From assembly GCA_038131935.1 (NCBI GenBank), contig JAYPQH010000030.1, forward strand, positions 94,302 through 158,301: a DNA stretch of 64,000 nucleotides. The letters are read 5' to 3'. The translations under genes were made by a program, and so were the position numbers. The notes below the pieces were generated by a model. The model had not been told where the DNA came from and did no database searches. It worked only from the letters and a program-made list of their open reading frames with translations. This DNA comes from Alphaproteobacteria bacterium. Lineage in GTDB: Bacteria; Pseudomonadota; Alphaproteobacteria; UBA8317. Below, in pieces: positions 1 through 11,743 of this stretch (the stretch's first letter is position 1; every line of letters begins with the position of its first letter).

Positions 1-148
1 GAAGGGGAAGAACAATAAGCGGGGCCAAAAAAGAGACAGCGACCCCATGAAGGCTTAAGTCAAAAGCGTCTTTTGCATTCGGTTTGTTTGCCAAAAAACC
101 AATGGCTCCGCGCAAACCTGCTTGTATAGATGCCCCTATTGCTTGCAT
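1..148 (-). CDS. Conserved membrane protein downstream of dapE (partial, runs off window)
   Basis: ATG overlaps the dapE stop (TGATG). Open frame [49 protein letters not shown], hydrophobic; not in the ORF track. Confidence 0.6.
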   Translation of the reverse strand, partial: MQAIGASIQAGLRGAIGFLANKPNAKDAFDLSLHGVAVSFLAPLIVLPL

Positions 149-1314
149 CACAGACCATAAAAACGCTGTAAAAATTTCAGGTAGACTTGGTGTAGCGTTT
201 CCAAGTCAGCCATCATTACCCGTTCATCAATTTGGTGCATGGTCGCGCCAATAACACCATATTCCATGACCGGACAAATCTCTTTGATGAAGCGACCATC
301 TGAGGTGCCTCCAGTTGTTGAGAGCTCGGGACGACGTCCTGTTACGGCTTCAATAACGTCTTGGAGGCTGTGGGCATGGGTTGTGTCATCCATGACGAAA
401 CTTGTTCCCGAGCAGCTCCATTCAAATGTAACCTGATCTGAGCAACCTGATTGATGAATGAGGTCACGGATATGGGCTTCCAAGGCCCATTCATCATGCG
501 CATCGTTAAACCGAATATTAAACCTTGCACTTGCTTGGGCTGGGATAATGTTGGTGACGGCATTGCCGACATCTATGCTTGTGATTTCCAAATTGCTGGG
601 TTGGAAATGTTCTGTTCCATCGTCCAAATGCCAATTTTTGAGTTTGTGCAGAATGTCGAGTAGTTTGGGAACGGGATTGTCGGCGCGATGAGGGTAGGCG
701 ACATGCCCTTGGGTTCCTTCAACATGAATAACACCATTAAACGAGCCGCGTCTGCCTACTTTGATCATATCGCCCATATGTGATGGGTTGGTAGGCTCTC
801 CAATCAGGCATAAGTCAGGTATCATGTTATGTTCACGTAACCATTCTACCTGCCGGCGGGTTCCATTGATCGCTGCACCTTCTTCATCTCCGGTGATGAT
901 GAGAGACATCTGAACATCTGGATACTGGGTAACAAAGCGCTCGGCAGCAACCACAAATGCCGCAATTGCCCCCTTCATATCTGAGACCCCACGACCGACA
1001 ATCATGCCGTCATCAATATGCATTTGGAATGGATCTGATCGCCACTCATCAAGGGGGCCTGGAGGAACCACATCCGTATGACCAGCAAAAGCCAGATGCG
1101 GTCCTTGCTCACCCCGATGTGCAATCAAATTCATGACCCGCTCTTCTCCCTCGCCAAATGGTAGAAGATGCGTTTGAAACCCACTCTGTTCCAGCCTGTT
1201 GGCCAAAAATGCCAACAGTCCCTCATCTTTTGGGGCCACTGATGGATAGCTAACCAATTCTGCTGTGAGGGCTATCACGGGAGAGAGATGTTGGTCCGTC
1301 ATTTGTTTACTCAA
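148..1314 (-). CDS. dapE: Succinyl-diaminopimelate desuccinylase
   Basis: M20 motifs [39 protein letters not shown]; directly follows dapD. Confidence 0.97.
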   Translation of the reverse strand: MSKQMTDQHLSPVIALTAELVSYPSVAPKDEGLLAFLANRLEQSGFQTHLLPFGEGEERVMNLIAHRGEQGPHLAFAGHTDVVPPGPLDEWRSDPFQMHIDDGMIVGRGVSDMKGAIAAFVVAAERFVTQYPDVQMSLIITGDEEGAAINGTRRQVEWLREHNMIPDLCLIGEPTNPSHMGDMIKVGRRGSFNGVIHVEGTQGHVAYPHRADNPVPKLLDILHKLKNWHLDDGTEHFQPSNLEITSIDVGNAVTNIIPAQASARFNIRFNDAHDEWALEAHIRDLIHQSGCSDQVTFEWSCSGTSFVMDDTTHAHSLQDVIEAVTGRRPELSTTGGTSDGRFIKEICPVMEYGVIGATMHQIDERVMMADLETLHQVYLKFLQRFYGL

Positions 1315-2141
1315 TCCCTCAACAGCTCATTAATACCTGTTTTGGAACGTGTCTGTGCGTCCACTGTTTTGACAATGACGGCGCAGTAGAGTGATGGACC
1401 TCCACGTGGGTCAGGTAGGCTACCAGGGACCACAACAGAATAGGCTGGTACCTCACCTCGATGAACTGTTCCTGAAGCACGGTCAATAATTTTTGTAGAT
1501 GCACCAAGATAAACGCCCATGGATAATACAGAGCCCTCGCGCACAATCACACCTTCGGCGACCTCTGAACGCGCGCCTACAAAGACGTTATCCTCAATGA
1601 TGACAGGGCCAGCCTGTAAGGGCTCAAGAACCCCGCCTATACCGGCACCACCTGAAATGTGACAATTCTTACCGATTTGCGCACAAGATCCCACCGTCGC
1701 CCAAGTATCAACCATGGTGCCCTCATCAACATAGGCGCCCAAATTTACAAACGATGGCATCAAGACCACGCCTGGTGCGACAAAAGCTGAATGACGAACA
1801 ATGGCCCCGGGTACAGAACGGAAGCCTGCATCTGTAAAGTTTTTGGCATCCCAATGGGAAAACTTTGATGGCACTTTATCCCACCAATTGGCATGTCCAG
1901 GGCCGCCAGAAATCACCTCCATGGGGTTGAGGCGGAATGATAACAACACAGCCATTTTCAGCCATTGATGAACAACCCACTGGCCGTCCTCATTGCGCGA
2001 GGCCACCCTGAGTTGACCATTGTCCAAATAGGTTAGGGCCTCTTTGACCGCATCACGTATTTCTCCTTTGGTGTTGGCATTGACGCTGTCGCGCTGTTCA
2101 AAGGCAGTTTCGATGATGTTCTGCAATGTTTGATGGTCCAT
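1311..2141 (-). CDS. dapD: Tetrahydrodipicolinate N-succinyltransferase
   Basis: WWDKVPSKF, hexapeptide repeats, [10 protein letters not shown]-terminal [10 protein letters not shown]. Confidence 0.98.
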   Translation of the reverse strand: MDHQTLQNIIETAFEQRDSVNANTKGEIRDAVKEALTYLDNGQLRVASRNEDGQWVVHQWLKMAVLLSFRLNPMEVISGGPGHANWWDKVPSKFSHWDAKNFTDAGFRSVPGAIVRHSAFVAPGVVLMPSFVNLGAYVDEGTMVDTWATVGSCAQIGKNCHISGGAGIGGVLEPLQAGPVIIEDNVFVGARSEVAEGVIVREGSVLSMGVYLGASTKIIDRASGTVHRGEVPAYSVVVPGSLPDPRGGPSLYCAVIVKTVDAQTRSKTGINELLRD

Positions 2142-2185
2142 GGTCCCGCTCCGTCGATTTGTTTCATTACCTCAATATGGTATCT

Positions 2186-2887
2186 CTATGACGGGAATCC
2201 ATGGCTGGACGCAATGCCTGCGTCAAGTTGTTGAGGTAAATTTTCTAAAATCCATTCCAAATGTTGGCAAAGTGTTGTGGCACATCTATCCCAAGATGGA
2301 TGCATTGTAACCGGTTCCTCACCAATATGAAATGTGCGAAACCCAAATTTTTGAGCCATGTTCAGGTTAGGTATGTTGTCTTCAAACATAGCATGCGCAT
2401 GGGGAGGATAGCCACTTTGCTGCAAAAGATAGTTAAACCCCATGCGATGCGGCTTGGGTTTGTATTGGGTATGTTCAATCCCCACGATATCGTGAAACAA
2501 AGATAGGATGTCCATTTTTTGTAAAATGGTATGGGCATGTTCTAAGGGACCATTGGTAAACACCCATTTCTGTCCTGGAAGTAAGGAAATCAGCTGTTTT
2601 GTCTGAGGGCAGGGTGTAATGGTGGAATAGTCAATATCATGCGCGTAAGCTAAAAAATGTTGTGGGGACAATCCATGGATATGATGCAACCCATGTAACG
2701 TAGCCCCAAAATGCTGCCAGTAATGCCGGCGACGGAGGTTGGCGTCTGTCCAGGGAAGTCCTGTCATCTGCGCAATATAATTGGTCATGCGCTTGTCAAT
2801 TTGTGGGAAAATGTCGGACCTTGCATCATAGATGGTATTGTCTAGGTCGAAGACCCATACATCAATATCCCTAAGCCATGCTGCCAT
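2186..2887 (-). CDS. HAD-family pyrimidine 5'-nucleotidase-like hydrolase
   Basis: WVFDLDNTIY (motif I), FTNG, KP, MFEDNIPNL; usual position between argB and dapD. Confidence 0.9.
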   Translation of the reverse strand: MAAWLRDIDVWVFDLDNTIYDARSDIFPQIDKRMTNYIAQMTGLPWTDANLRRRHYWQHFGATLHGLHHIHGLSPQHFLAYAHDIDYSTITPCPQTKQLISLLPGQKWVFTNGPLEHAHTILQKMDILSLFHDIVGIEHTQYKPKPHRMGFNYLLQQSGYPPHAHAMFEDNIPNLNMAQKFGFRTFHIGEEPVTMHPSWDRCATTLCQHLEWILENLPQQLDAGIASSHGFPS

Positions 2888-3792
2888 CAGCGGTGAACCA
2901 ATGTTCCAGCCCCATGTTCTGTAAACAATTCAAGCAAAACAGCATGTGGAGCTCTACCATCCATAACGACTGCAGCTTCAACACCATGATGCAACGCATT
3001 GATACAGGTCTCCAGTTTGGGGATCATGCCACCTGTTGCGATATTGTTATCAACCAAATGTTGTGCATCGTCTTTGGACATTTTGGGAATAACATCGCCA
3101 TCTGCATTTTTAACCCCGGCAACATCAGTCAACAACAAAAGACGGGTAGCCCCAATGGCTGCGGCGACCGCTCCGGCTGCGGTATCCGCATTGATGTTGT
3201 ATGTCTCACCTTGCTCTCCAAAGCCTACAGGTGCAATTACCGGGATAACATCAGAACCAAAGAAGACTTCTAGGATATCTGGTGTTACCTGAAGGGGTTC
3301 GCCGACGAAACCTAAGTCTATGAAGCGCTCAATATTGCTGTCACTTTCACGTGAGCGTCGCATGAGTTTTTTTGCTCGGATCAAAGAGCCATCTTTCCCT
3401 GAGAGGCCCACCGCTTTACCACCTGCTTTGTTGATGGCGGATACAATCATTTTGTTGATGGAGCCGGCCAAAACCATTTCAACAACTTCTACCATGGCCG
3501 CGTCCGTCACCCGCAATCCATCCACAAAGGTGGATTGAATTTTTAACCGTTCCAACATTTGGGCAATCTGTGGACCACCGCCATGCACCACCACTGGGTC
3601 AATACCCACCTGTTTCATCAAGACGATGTCACGGGCAAATTCCTCAGAACGCTCTCTATTGCCCATGGCATGTCCGCCATATTTGATGACGATACGCTTT
3701 CCTTCATAACGCTGTAGGTAAGGAAGCGCCTGAGATAGCGTGCTGGCGGTAGAAAGCCATTTTGCTGTTTTGGTGTCTGCGCTTGTTGTCAT
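2887..3792 (-). CDS. argB: Acetylglutamate kinase
   Basis: [33 protein letters not shown]. Confidence 0.98.
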   Translation of the reverse strand: MTTSADTKTAKWLSTASTLSQALPYLQRYEGKRIVIKYGGHAMGNRERSEEFARDIVLMKQVGIDPVVVHGGGPQIAQMLERLKIQSTFVDGLRVTDAAMVEVVEMVLAGSINKMIVSAINKAGGKAVGLSGKDGSLIRAKKLMRRSRESDSNIERFIDLGFVGEPLQVTPDILEVFFGSDVIPVIAPVGFGEQGETYNINADTAAGAVAAAIGATRLLLLTDVAGVKNADGDVIPKMSKDDAQHLVDNNIATGGMIPKLETCINALHHGVEAAVVMDGRAPHAVLLELFTEHGAGTLVHR

Positions 3793-3809
3793 GGCACGAT
3801 CCTCATCAT

Positions 3810-4430
3810 TTATGATTTTGCAAAGCTATAAAGGACTCCGCGAACAGCGTCCAACCCCTCACCATCTTTCGAGCTCGTGATAATGACGTCAGGATGGCAG
3901 GCAATTAAACCTTTGGTGGCTGCATGTAAATCATCTGCCGCTTTTTTGCGTTCTTTCTGGGTCAGCTTATCGGCTTTGGTTCCAATGAGTTGATAGGATA
4001 CGGCAGCCTCATCAAGCATTTTGGTGATTTCACGGTCATTGGCTTTCATGCCATGACGCAAATCAATCAACACCAGCACCCGTCGTAATTGCTGACGGCC
4101 ACGAAGATATTGGCGTAACAAACGGTTCCATGAGTCAACCAAACTTTTGGGTGCCTCAGCATAGCCATAGCCAGGCATGTCCACGACACTTAATTGTTTC
4201 TCACCTAGAATGAAGAAATTAAGTTGTTGGGTGCGTCCAGGTTGGTTTGATGTACGTGCGACCGTGCTGTCTCCTGCCAAGGCATTAATAAGGCTTGATT
4301 TCCCAACATTAGAGCGTCCAGCAAACGCAACCTCTGGAATCATGGCCAGCGGTAATTGCTGCAAATGGGCAACGCCGCCCAAGAAGTTCCATGGACGGCG
4401 CACAAATTTTGTGGCGGGGCCTGCACTCAT
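3810..4430 (-). CDS. engB: Ribosome biogenesis GTPase EngB/YihA
   Basis: [28 protein letters not shown]. Confidence 0.96.
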   Translation of the reverse strand: MSAGPATKFVRRPWNFLGGVAHLQQLPLAMIPEVAFAGRSNVGKSSLINALAGDSTVARTSNQPGRTQQLNFFILGEKQLSVVDMPGYGYAEAPKSLVDSWNRLLRQYLRGRQQLRRVLVLIDLRHGMKANDREITKMLDEAAVSYQLIGTKADKLTQKERKKAADDLHAATKGLIACHPDVIITSSKDGEGLDAVRGVLYSFAKS

Positions 4431-4442
4431 AACTCAGTGCCC

Positions 4443-6135
4443 TTAGTTGCGGGTCTCCAAGATCCGTCGCGCCACCACGGTTGCTTGGATTTCAGCGGCA
4501 CCTTCAAAAATATTAAGGATGCGTGCGTCGCACAAAACCCGCGAGATTGGATATTCAAGAGCAAAGCCATTACCACCATGTATTTGTAATCCATTATCTG
4601 CACAGGCCCAAGCGACCCGAGCAGCAAGTAATTTTGCCATGCCTGCCTCAAGGTCGCAACGGCGTCCTGCATCTTTTTCCCGCGCAGAAAAATAAGTGAT
4701 TTGTCTTGCAACCATGGTTTCTACAGCCATCATTGCAATCTTTGACCAAATCCGTGGGAACGCCTGCAGTTTGCTGCCGAATTGCGTGCGCTCTTCGGCA
4801 TAGCGTAAGGAGAGATCCATGGCGCACTGCGCCACGCCTACCGCGCGTGCAGCTGTTTGAATGCGTGCGCCTTCAAATGTTGCCATGAGTTGTTTGAAGC
4901 CTTGGCCTTCTACACCGCCCAGGAGATTTTCTTCTGCCACATGAAAATTGTCGAACGACAGTTCATATTCTTTCATGCCACGATAGCCCAACACATGGAT
5001 TTCTCCACCCGTCATACCTTCAGCTGGAAAGGGGTTTGCACAATCACCGCGGGGTTTTTCTCCCATCAACATTGAAAGTCCACGGTACCCTTGTTCGTCA
5101 GGATTGGTGCGTACCAGCATCGTCATCATGTCTGTGCGTGCCGCATGGGTAATCCATGTCTTGTTGCCAAAGACTGCATAACCACCATCAACTTTTTCAG
5201 CGCGGGTTTTTAATGAGGCGAGGTCAGAACCCGTATTGGGTTCAGTAAACACAGCTGTGGGGAGGATTTCGCCTGATGCCAATTTGGGCAACCAGCGTTG
5301 TTTCTGCTCTTCTGTTCCACCACAAAGGATCAATTCACCAGCAATTTCTGTACGGGTGCCCAAAGAACCAACCCCTGATGTAGCCACGTGAAAGTTCTTC
5401 TGAAACAACACACATCGACATCTTGGACAAACCAAGACCACCATATTCTTCAGGTATCGTCAGGCCAAAAACCCCCAATTCTGATAACTCATCAATAACT
5501 TCGATAGGGATCAGTTCATCCTTGAGGTGCCATTCATGAGCATAGGGAGCAACTTTGTCATCAACAAAACGCTGCATTTGGGTGCGGAACATTTCCATGT
5601 CCTCATCAAGCCCAGAGCAACCAAAGATTGAAGCTTGTGGGTTTTCGAGGATCAATTCGGCAATTCGTTGCCTTGTTTGTGTGCTGTTGCCCCGTTGTGC
5701 CAACAGATGGGCAGCTCCTTGTTGAAGGTCGGCAACGTCAGCCTCTGTCAACAACATATCGACTGGGCGTACGATCTCCATTTGCGACATGGGAATACCA
5801 TGGGCGATATGGTTGATGTATTCTCCAAAAGCAGCCTGGGTCAAAAGCTGTTCCAATTCGCCCAAAAGGCCGTCTTGCTGCAGGTTTCGGGCCCATCTGT
5901 CGACCTGTCTCAGCGCTTCCACATAGGTGCCCAACCAAGCAAGCCCATGTGCGGCATACTGTTCCTGGGCAAATTTCTTGCCTGAAATCTTGTCTCCATC
6001 GGCGACAGCCTCTCTGATTACCTGTTTGGCCCGATTTAAATAGTGATCAAGCTGGATCATTGCTTGTCCAGTGGTGGTCAAAAGATCTGGTAATGTGCTG
6101 ACGGAAAAATTGGTTTCAGGCTGCATTAAGGTCAT
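4443..6135 (-). CDS. mcd: Acyl-CoA dehydrogenase, probably methylsuccinyl-CoA dehydrogenase (one frameshift near 5375)
   Basis: ORFs 5335-6135 and 4443-5444 join at ...ELSRGYI|[19 protein letters not shown] motifs [25 protein letters not shown]; long N-terminal extension; adjacent to ccr and ecm. Confidence 0.85.
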
Positions 6136-6284
6136 AAAAACATCCTCGCATGAAGGTTTACGTCTGTTGATGGGCCGCCATGTGCATGTCCATAAGCGGC
6201 ATTTTGGGTCATTTTAAAAATATCGGTTTGGCAGGCATTCCATCATTTAGGTGGAGTACCTGTCAAAGCATCTCTTACAAAATC

Positions 6285-7577
6285 CTAACGCAGCGCGTCA
6301 AAAGCTTCTATGGCGGCCTCCACCGTGCGTAATCCTGGTCTACATGAAGACACCAACACAGCCATGTTCCCTGGTTTATGTTCATTGTTCAGCATTTTTT
6401 CATGAGCCAGTGGAATTTCTTCAAAGCCAAAAACTTCAGACATGCAAGGATCAATCCGACGCTCAATCACCAATTTGTTGGCGGCAGACGCTTGCATAAG
6501 GTTTGCAAAATGCGACCCTTGAATACGCTTTTGACGCATCCAGACAAAACGTGCATCGAAGGTCAAATTAAACCCTGTGGTTCCGGCGCAAAAGACCACC
6601 ATACCGCCACGTTTCGCAACAAAACAGGATACAGGGAATGTTGACTCGCCGGGATGTTCGAAAACCATGTCCACGTCTTGGCCTTTTCCTGTGAAGGCCC
6701 AAATGGCTTTACCAAATCGCCTGACTTCTTTCATGTAATTCGAAAATTCTGGGCCATTCACTGTAGGCAGTTGTCCCCAGCAGTTAAAATCTTTTCGATT
6801 GATGACCCCTTTTGCGCCCAAGCTCATCACGAAGTCACGTTTGCTTTCATCCGAAATAACACCAATCGCATGCGCACCAGCTGCATGGGCCAATTGAATG
6901 GCGAAAGAGCCCAAGCCACCAGATGCGCCCCAAACCAATACATGTTGACCAGGTTGGATAACGTGAGGTGCATGCCCAAATAACATCCGGTAAGCGGTTG
7001 CTAAGGTGAGGGTATAGCAGGCACTTTCTTCCCAGGTCAGGTGGCGCGGTCTTGGCATAAGTTGTTGCGATTGAACGGCGGTGAATTGTGCAAAAGAACC
7101 ATCAGGGGTTTCATACCCCCAGATCGGTTGCGATGGTGAAAACATTGGATCACCACCATTACATTCCTCATCATCCCCATCATCCTGGTTGCAATGAACA
7201 ACCACTTCATCGCCGACTTTCCATCTCGTGACCTTGTCCCCGACCTTCCAAACGATTCCAGATGCATCAGATCCAGCGATATGGAAGGGTGCCTTGTGCA
7301 CATCAAATGGTGAAATAGGCTGCCCCAAGCCTGCCCATATGCCATTATAGTTAACGCCCGCGGCCATCACCAAAACAAGAACTTCATGTGAATCCACCTC
7401 TGGGGTATCCACAACCTCTAGCTGAAATGACTCCTGAGGGCGACCATGCCTCTCTCGTCTTATGGCCCAAGCATACATTGACTTTGGGACATGTCCTAGC
7501 GGGGGAATATCACCAACTTCGTAGAGGTCGCGATATTCATTGTTTGTATTTTCAAGGACGTCATCCATCAGTGCCAT
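6285..7577 (-). CDS. ccrA: Crotonyl-CoA carboxylase/reductase
   Basis: VMAAGVNYNGIW, IWGYETPDGSFAQF, WMRQKRIQGSHFAN. Confidence 0.96.
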   Translation of the reverse strand: MALMDDVLENTNNEYRDLYEVGDIPPLGHVPKSMYAWAIRRERHGRPQESFQLEVVDTPEVDSHEVLVLVMAAGVNYNGIWAGLGQPISPFDVHKAPFHIAGSDASGIVWKVGDKVTRWKVGDEVVVHCNQDDGDDEECNGGDPMFSPSQPIWGYETPDGSFAQFTAVQSQQLMPRPRHLTWEESACYTLTLATAYRMLFGHAPHVIQPGQHVLVWGASGGLGSFAIQLAHAAGAHAIGVISDESKRDFVMSLGAKGVINRKDFNCWGQLPTVNGPEFSNYMKEVRRFGKAIWAFTGKGQDVDMVFEHPGESTFPVSCFVAKRGGMVVFCAGTTGFNLTFDARFVWMRQKRIQGSHFANLMQASAANKLVIERRIDPCMSEVFGFEEIPLAHEKMLNNEHKPGNMAVLVSSCRPGLRTVEAAIEAFDALR

Positions 7578-7739
7578 GATTTTTCTCCATTTTGCTGCGT
7601 TTGCGAAAAGCCACTTCGCTTTCTTGGTTGATCAATTAGTTTTGATTTATCATTTCGTCAATAATAATTTTTATGAAATTTTATTATAAAAATTACTACT
7701 ATACTTTATAAGTATTGCGTGTGGAAAAAAAATAGCTTG

Positions 7740-7767
7740 TGCTATGCAGCATTTTTGTTGCATAGCA
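7740..7767. promoter_or_regulatory. Palindromic operator-like site between divergent ccr and ecm
   Basis: TGCTATGCAGCA-TTTT-TGTTGCATAGCA, an 11/12 inverted repeat made of TGC-N3-GCA half-sites. Confidence 0.5.
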
Positions 7768-7871
7768 TGAGGCAGAAGATCGCATGGTGTGCAAAAAGGT
7801 TTGGTTTTTTGTGAACGCTTGGGCGGTTTTTCATTTTTGGTCATGATGGTTCGTTAAAGGAAAGAGAATGG

Positions 7872-9855
7872 GTGGAGAAAAAGCAGTCGGGCGCACGCCC
7901 TTGGATTATGAGAACCTATGCAGGGCATTCTACTGCAGCGGAATCAAACGCGCTTTACCGAACCAATCTTGCCTAAAGGACAAACTGGGCTTTCCATTGC
8001 GTTCGATTTGCCAACACAAACAGGATATGATGCAGATCACGTTCTGGCACGTGGAGAGGTCGGCAAGGTAGGGGTGCCCATATCTCATATCGGTGATATG
8101 CGGGCTTTGTTTGACCAAATACCATTGGATCAAATGAATACGTCTATGACCATTAATGCCACGGCGGCCTGGTTGCTTGCGCTTTATATTGCGGTGGCAG
8201 AAGAGCAAGGCGTGCCACGAAGTGCCCTTCAAGGGACAACGCAAAACGACATTATTAAAGAATATTTGTCACGTGGAACCTATGTGTTCCACCACAGCCC
8301 AGTTTGCGGCTGATCAATGATATGATTGCCTTCACCTATCAAGAAGTTCCCAAATGGAACCCCATGAATGTATGTTCCTATCATTTGCAAGAAGCAGGCG
8401 CGACGCCAGTTCAAGAACTTGCTTTTGCCCTAGCAACCGCCATAGCTGTGCTTGATAAGGTGCGCGCAGATGGCCAGGTTCCAGAGGCAGATTTCCCAAA
8501 AGTGGTAGGCCGGATTTCATTTTTTGTGAATGCAGGAATCCAATTTATCACAGAAATTTGTAAAATGCGCGCTTTCACCGAGCTCTGGGATGAGATTTGT
8601 CGTGAGCGTTATGGCGTTGAGGAAGAGAAATACAGGCGCTTTCGTTATGGTGTGCAGGTAAATTCTTTAGGCCTTACAGAGCAACAGCCTGAAAACAATG
8701 TGTACCGTATCCTATTGGAAATGTTGGCGGTAACCTTATCAAAGAACGCGCGTGCCCGCGCTGTTCAATTGCCTGCATGGAATGAAGCTTTGGGGCTTCC
8801 CAGGCCCTGGGATCAACAATGGTCTTTGCGCCTCCAGCAAGTTGTCGCTTATGAAACGGATCTATTGCAATATGGTGATATTTTCGATGGCAGCCATGTT
8901 ATCGAGGAAAAGGTGGCTGAGTTAAAGCAAGCAGCTCGTGAAGAATTGGCACAGATAGACGCCATGGGGGGGCCATGGCTGCGGTCGAAAATGCTTACAT
9001 GAAACAACAACTTGTTCGGTCTAATGCAGCACGCGTAGCTGCGATAGAAAGTGGTGAGCAAGTGGTTGTTGGGGTCAATAAATTCCTAAGCTCTGAGCCA
9101 TCACCGTTGACCACAGGTGACGGAGGAATCCTGACCGTTGATCCCGCAGTTGAGGAAGAACAAAAACATTCCCTAGATCACTGGCGTCAGCATCGTGACG
9201 CTCAGGCTGTGCAAGAAGCTTTGCGCCAACTTGAGTCAGATGCACGCGCGGGGCGAAATATTATGCCAGCGTCTATTCAAGCAGCCAAAGCAGGCGTGAC
9301 CACAGGAGAGTGGGGCCAAATGATGCGGGATATTTTTGGGAATATCGTGCGCCCACAGGTGTTGGAACGCATGTTGCGGCCTCAGAAGATGGTGACCTTA
9401 CCCATTTGCAAAAACGTGCCGATGCTCTTGCGGATAAAATGGGCCGACGTGTGAAGTTTTTGGTTGGAAAGCCAGGGCTTGATGGACATTCTAATGGCGC
9501 TGAGCAAATTGCCGTGCGGGCGCGTGATTGTGGTATGGAGGTTGTCTATGAAGGCATTCGTCTTACCCCTGCGCAGATTGTCAATGCAGCTGTCGAGGAA
9601 GCGGTTCATGTGGTAGGGCTGTCGATATTGTCAGGGTCACATATGTCATTGGTGCGTGATATCATGGATCGGATGGCTGATGCAGGCCTTGATGATGTCA
9701 TTCTTATTGTTGGTGGTATCATCCCAGAAGATGATGCCGCGCAAATGCGCGAATGGGGTGTGTCAGGTGTCTACACGCCTAAAGATTTTCGTTTAAACGA
9801 CATCATGCATGATATTTTCACATTGCTCGAAGGTGATGTCGAGGAAGCTGCGTGA
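7872..9855 (+). CDS. ecm: Ethylmalonyl-CoA mutase (MeaA/Ecm), broken by about 4 apparent indels (~7974, ~8291, ~8970, ~9340)
   Basis: GTG start reads ...[21 protein letters not shown], then [38 protein letters not shown] and B12-binding [10 protein letters not shown] across successive frames. Confidence 0.9.
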
Positions 9856-9926
9856 TGAGCTTGGCAAGAGCCTTAATCCTTCTATAAGAACAGTAACTTG
9901 GGCGACCAGTGATAGGGGTATAAGGC

Positions 9927-10133
9927 ATGAGTTCAGCATTATATATTTTGATTCCTCTCATGGTAGCGGTGACCGCTATTATTGTTGCTGTGGGAATTGT
10001 GAGTTACTTCCAAGGTGGGCGTTTTCACGCGAATTGGTCCAACAAATTGATGCGCATGCGTATCGTGGCACAAGCTGTCGCGGTTGTCTTGATCATGGCA
10101 CTTATTTGGATCAATGGCACACCACCTGTGTGA
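9927..10133 (+). CDS. Twin-transmembrane small protein (HIG1-like)
   Basis: Two hydrophobic helices flanking SNKLMRMRIVAQ. Confidence 0.85.
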   Translation: MSSALYILIPLMVAVTAIIVAVGIVSYFQGGRFHANWSNKLMRMRIVAQAVAVVLIMALIWINGTPPV

Positions 10134-10138
10134 AAATA

Positions 10139-11065
10139 TTATAGGGCTTTGACGCGGTCCATCATTGGTTTTGTCTTTTCCATCAATGCTGTTATGGGGC
10201 GCCAGATATCGGTTGTTGATTGCTGCTTTGCGATGATATCTTGTAGTGCTTGTGCCTGATGGCGCTTAGCTAGTCTCTGCGCGTTTTGATCCCGTACCAA
10301 GGCGTGATGGAAATAGTGTGGTGTGGGTAATTGAAGCAATTTTTGTAACAAGACTTGAATGGGGGTTGTGAGAAAGAGGTCCTGTCCTCTGCTCACCAGG
10401 GAAATATTTTGAGCTGCATCGCAGAGGATCACCGCAAGGTGATAGCTTATACCGATATCTTTGCGGGCCAATATCACGTCTCCCAGCGTTCTCTGCATGG
10501 TTGTGCGGCTGATTTGAATGTGACCAGATGGGCCTACAGTTGGTGTCCCCCATTCATAAAAATCCAGATGTTCGTAGTTCATCATGGCCTTGTTTATGTC
10601 CAAACGCCAAGCAGGGGTTTTGCCTGCGGCGCGTAGGTCCTCAACTTGGCTTGCATGAAGATGACGACATGTCCCTGGGTAAACCGATTGTGCTGGATCT
10701 CCTTCTTGAGGTGCTTGAACGGCGGACAAAATATCTTTGCGTGAACAAAAACAAGGATAAAGAAGCCCAAGCTTTTTTAATTGCTCCAGTCCCCATTGTT
10801 GCAGAAAATGGTGTTGAGATTGAATGCGGTAAGGCTTGCCGCTATCCAAGTGAAGCAATTTTAGATCATGTTCGATCGCGGTGTAGAATTCTGGACGTGC
10901 GCGGGTCTGGTCAATATCTTCAATTCTAACATGATAATGTCCATCGTCAGCCAAATACTGAGCAACCCATGCAGAGAACAAATGTCCAAGATGCAGCAGC
11001 CCTGTTGGGCTTGGTGCAAACCGTGTAATCATAGGTTGAGGTGGCGTAATATCGTCCTTGGGCAT
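10139..11065 (-). CDS. gluQ: Glutamyl-Q tRNA(Asp) synthetase
   Basis: TRFAPSPTGLLHLGH, RIEDID, YPCFCSRK, RLAKR; no anticodon-binding domain. Start set at MPKDD. Confidence 0.92.
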   Translation of the reverse strand: MPKDDITPPQPMITRFAPSPTGLLHLGHLFSAWVAQYLADDGHYHVRIEDIDQTRARPEFYTAIEHDLKLLHLDSGKPYRIQSQHHFLQQWGLEQLKKLGLLYPCFCSRKDILSAVQAPQEGDPAQSVYPGTCRHLHASQVEDLRAAGKTPAWRLDINKAMMNYEHLDFYEWGTPTVGPSGHIQISRTTMQRTLGDVILARKDIGISYHLAVILCDAAQNISLVSRGQDLFLTTPIQVLLQKLLQLPTPHYFHHALVRDQNAQRLAKRHQAQALQDIIAKQQSTTDIWRPITALMEKTKPMMDRVKAL

Positions 11066-11077
11066 GAAGAGAGAATA

Positions 11078-11743
11078 ATGGATAGTGAGCATATCAAGCA
11101 AGAACAAGCACTCATGATATCGCAGGAAGATTTTATGCGTGAAGTGGATCTATTATGCGCGTTGGAGCCAAGGTTTCGTGCGGTGCCGGATCAATGGGGG
11201 ATCCCTCCTATTAGGTTAAGGCCGAAGGGGCCTGAAGCATTGGTGCGCATTATATGTGCACAACAACTCTCGAAAAGTTCAGCGGAGGCCATCTCAAAAC
11301 GTGTGTTGGCAAAATGGCCTGAGCTTTCCCTTGCCATCATCGCGCAGGATCCTGAAACCTCTTTGGATGGTCTTGGGTTATCCCGGGCAAAGAAATTGGC
11401 ACTCGGTGACTTGGCAAAGCATATCCTAGACGATCAATTAATGCTGGAGCAGTTGGTGTTTTGGCCTGTGGATAAAGCCATTGCGCATCTAACAAAGATA
11501 AGAGGAATAGGGCCTTGGTCTGCCCAGCTTTATCTTATGTTTTCCTTAAACCATTCTGATATTTTTGCCCCAGGTGATTTGGCGCTACAGCGAGGGGCTG
11601 ATCATTTGTTTGGTTGGTCGACCCCATGTAATGAGGTCTCTCTTGCGGAAATTGCAAAAAGTTGGGCGCCGCATCGATCAGCGGCTGCCCATCTTTTGTG
11701 GCACCATTATGGCCATGCTGTCAGGCCGACGTCTAAGAATTAG
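11078..11743 (+). CDS. DNA-3-methyladenine glycosylase II family (AlkA-like, HhH-GPD)
   Basis: ICAQQLS, GLSRAK, IRGIGPWSA, FAPGDLAL, WAPHRSAAAHLLW. Confidence 0.9.
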   Translation: MDSEHIKQEQALMISQEDFMREVDLLCALEPRFRAVPDQWGIPPIRLRPKGPEALVRIICAQQLSKSSAEAISKRVLAKWPELSLAIIAQDPETSLDGLGLSRAKKLALGDLAKHILDDQLMLEQLVFWPVDKAIAHLTKIRGIGPWSAQLYLMFSLNHSDIFAPGDLALQRGADHLFGWSTPCNEVSLAEIAKSWAPHRSAAAHLLWHHYGHAVRPTSKN

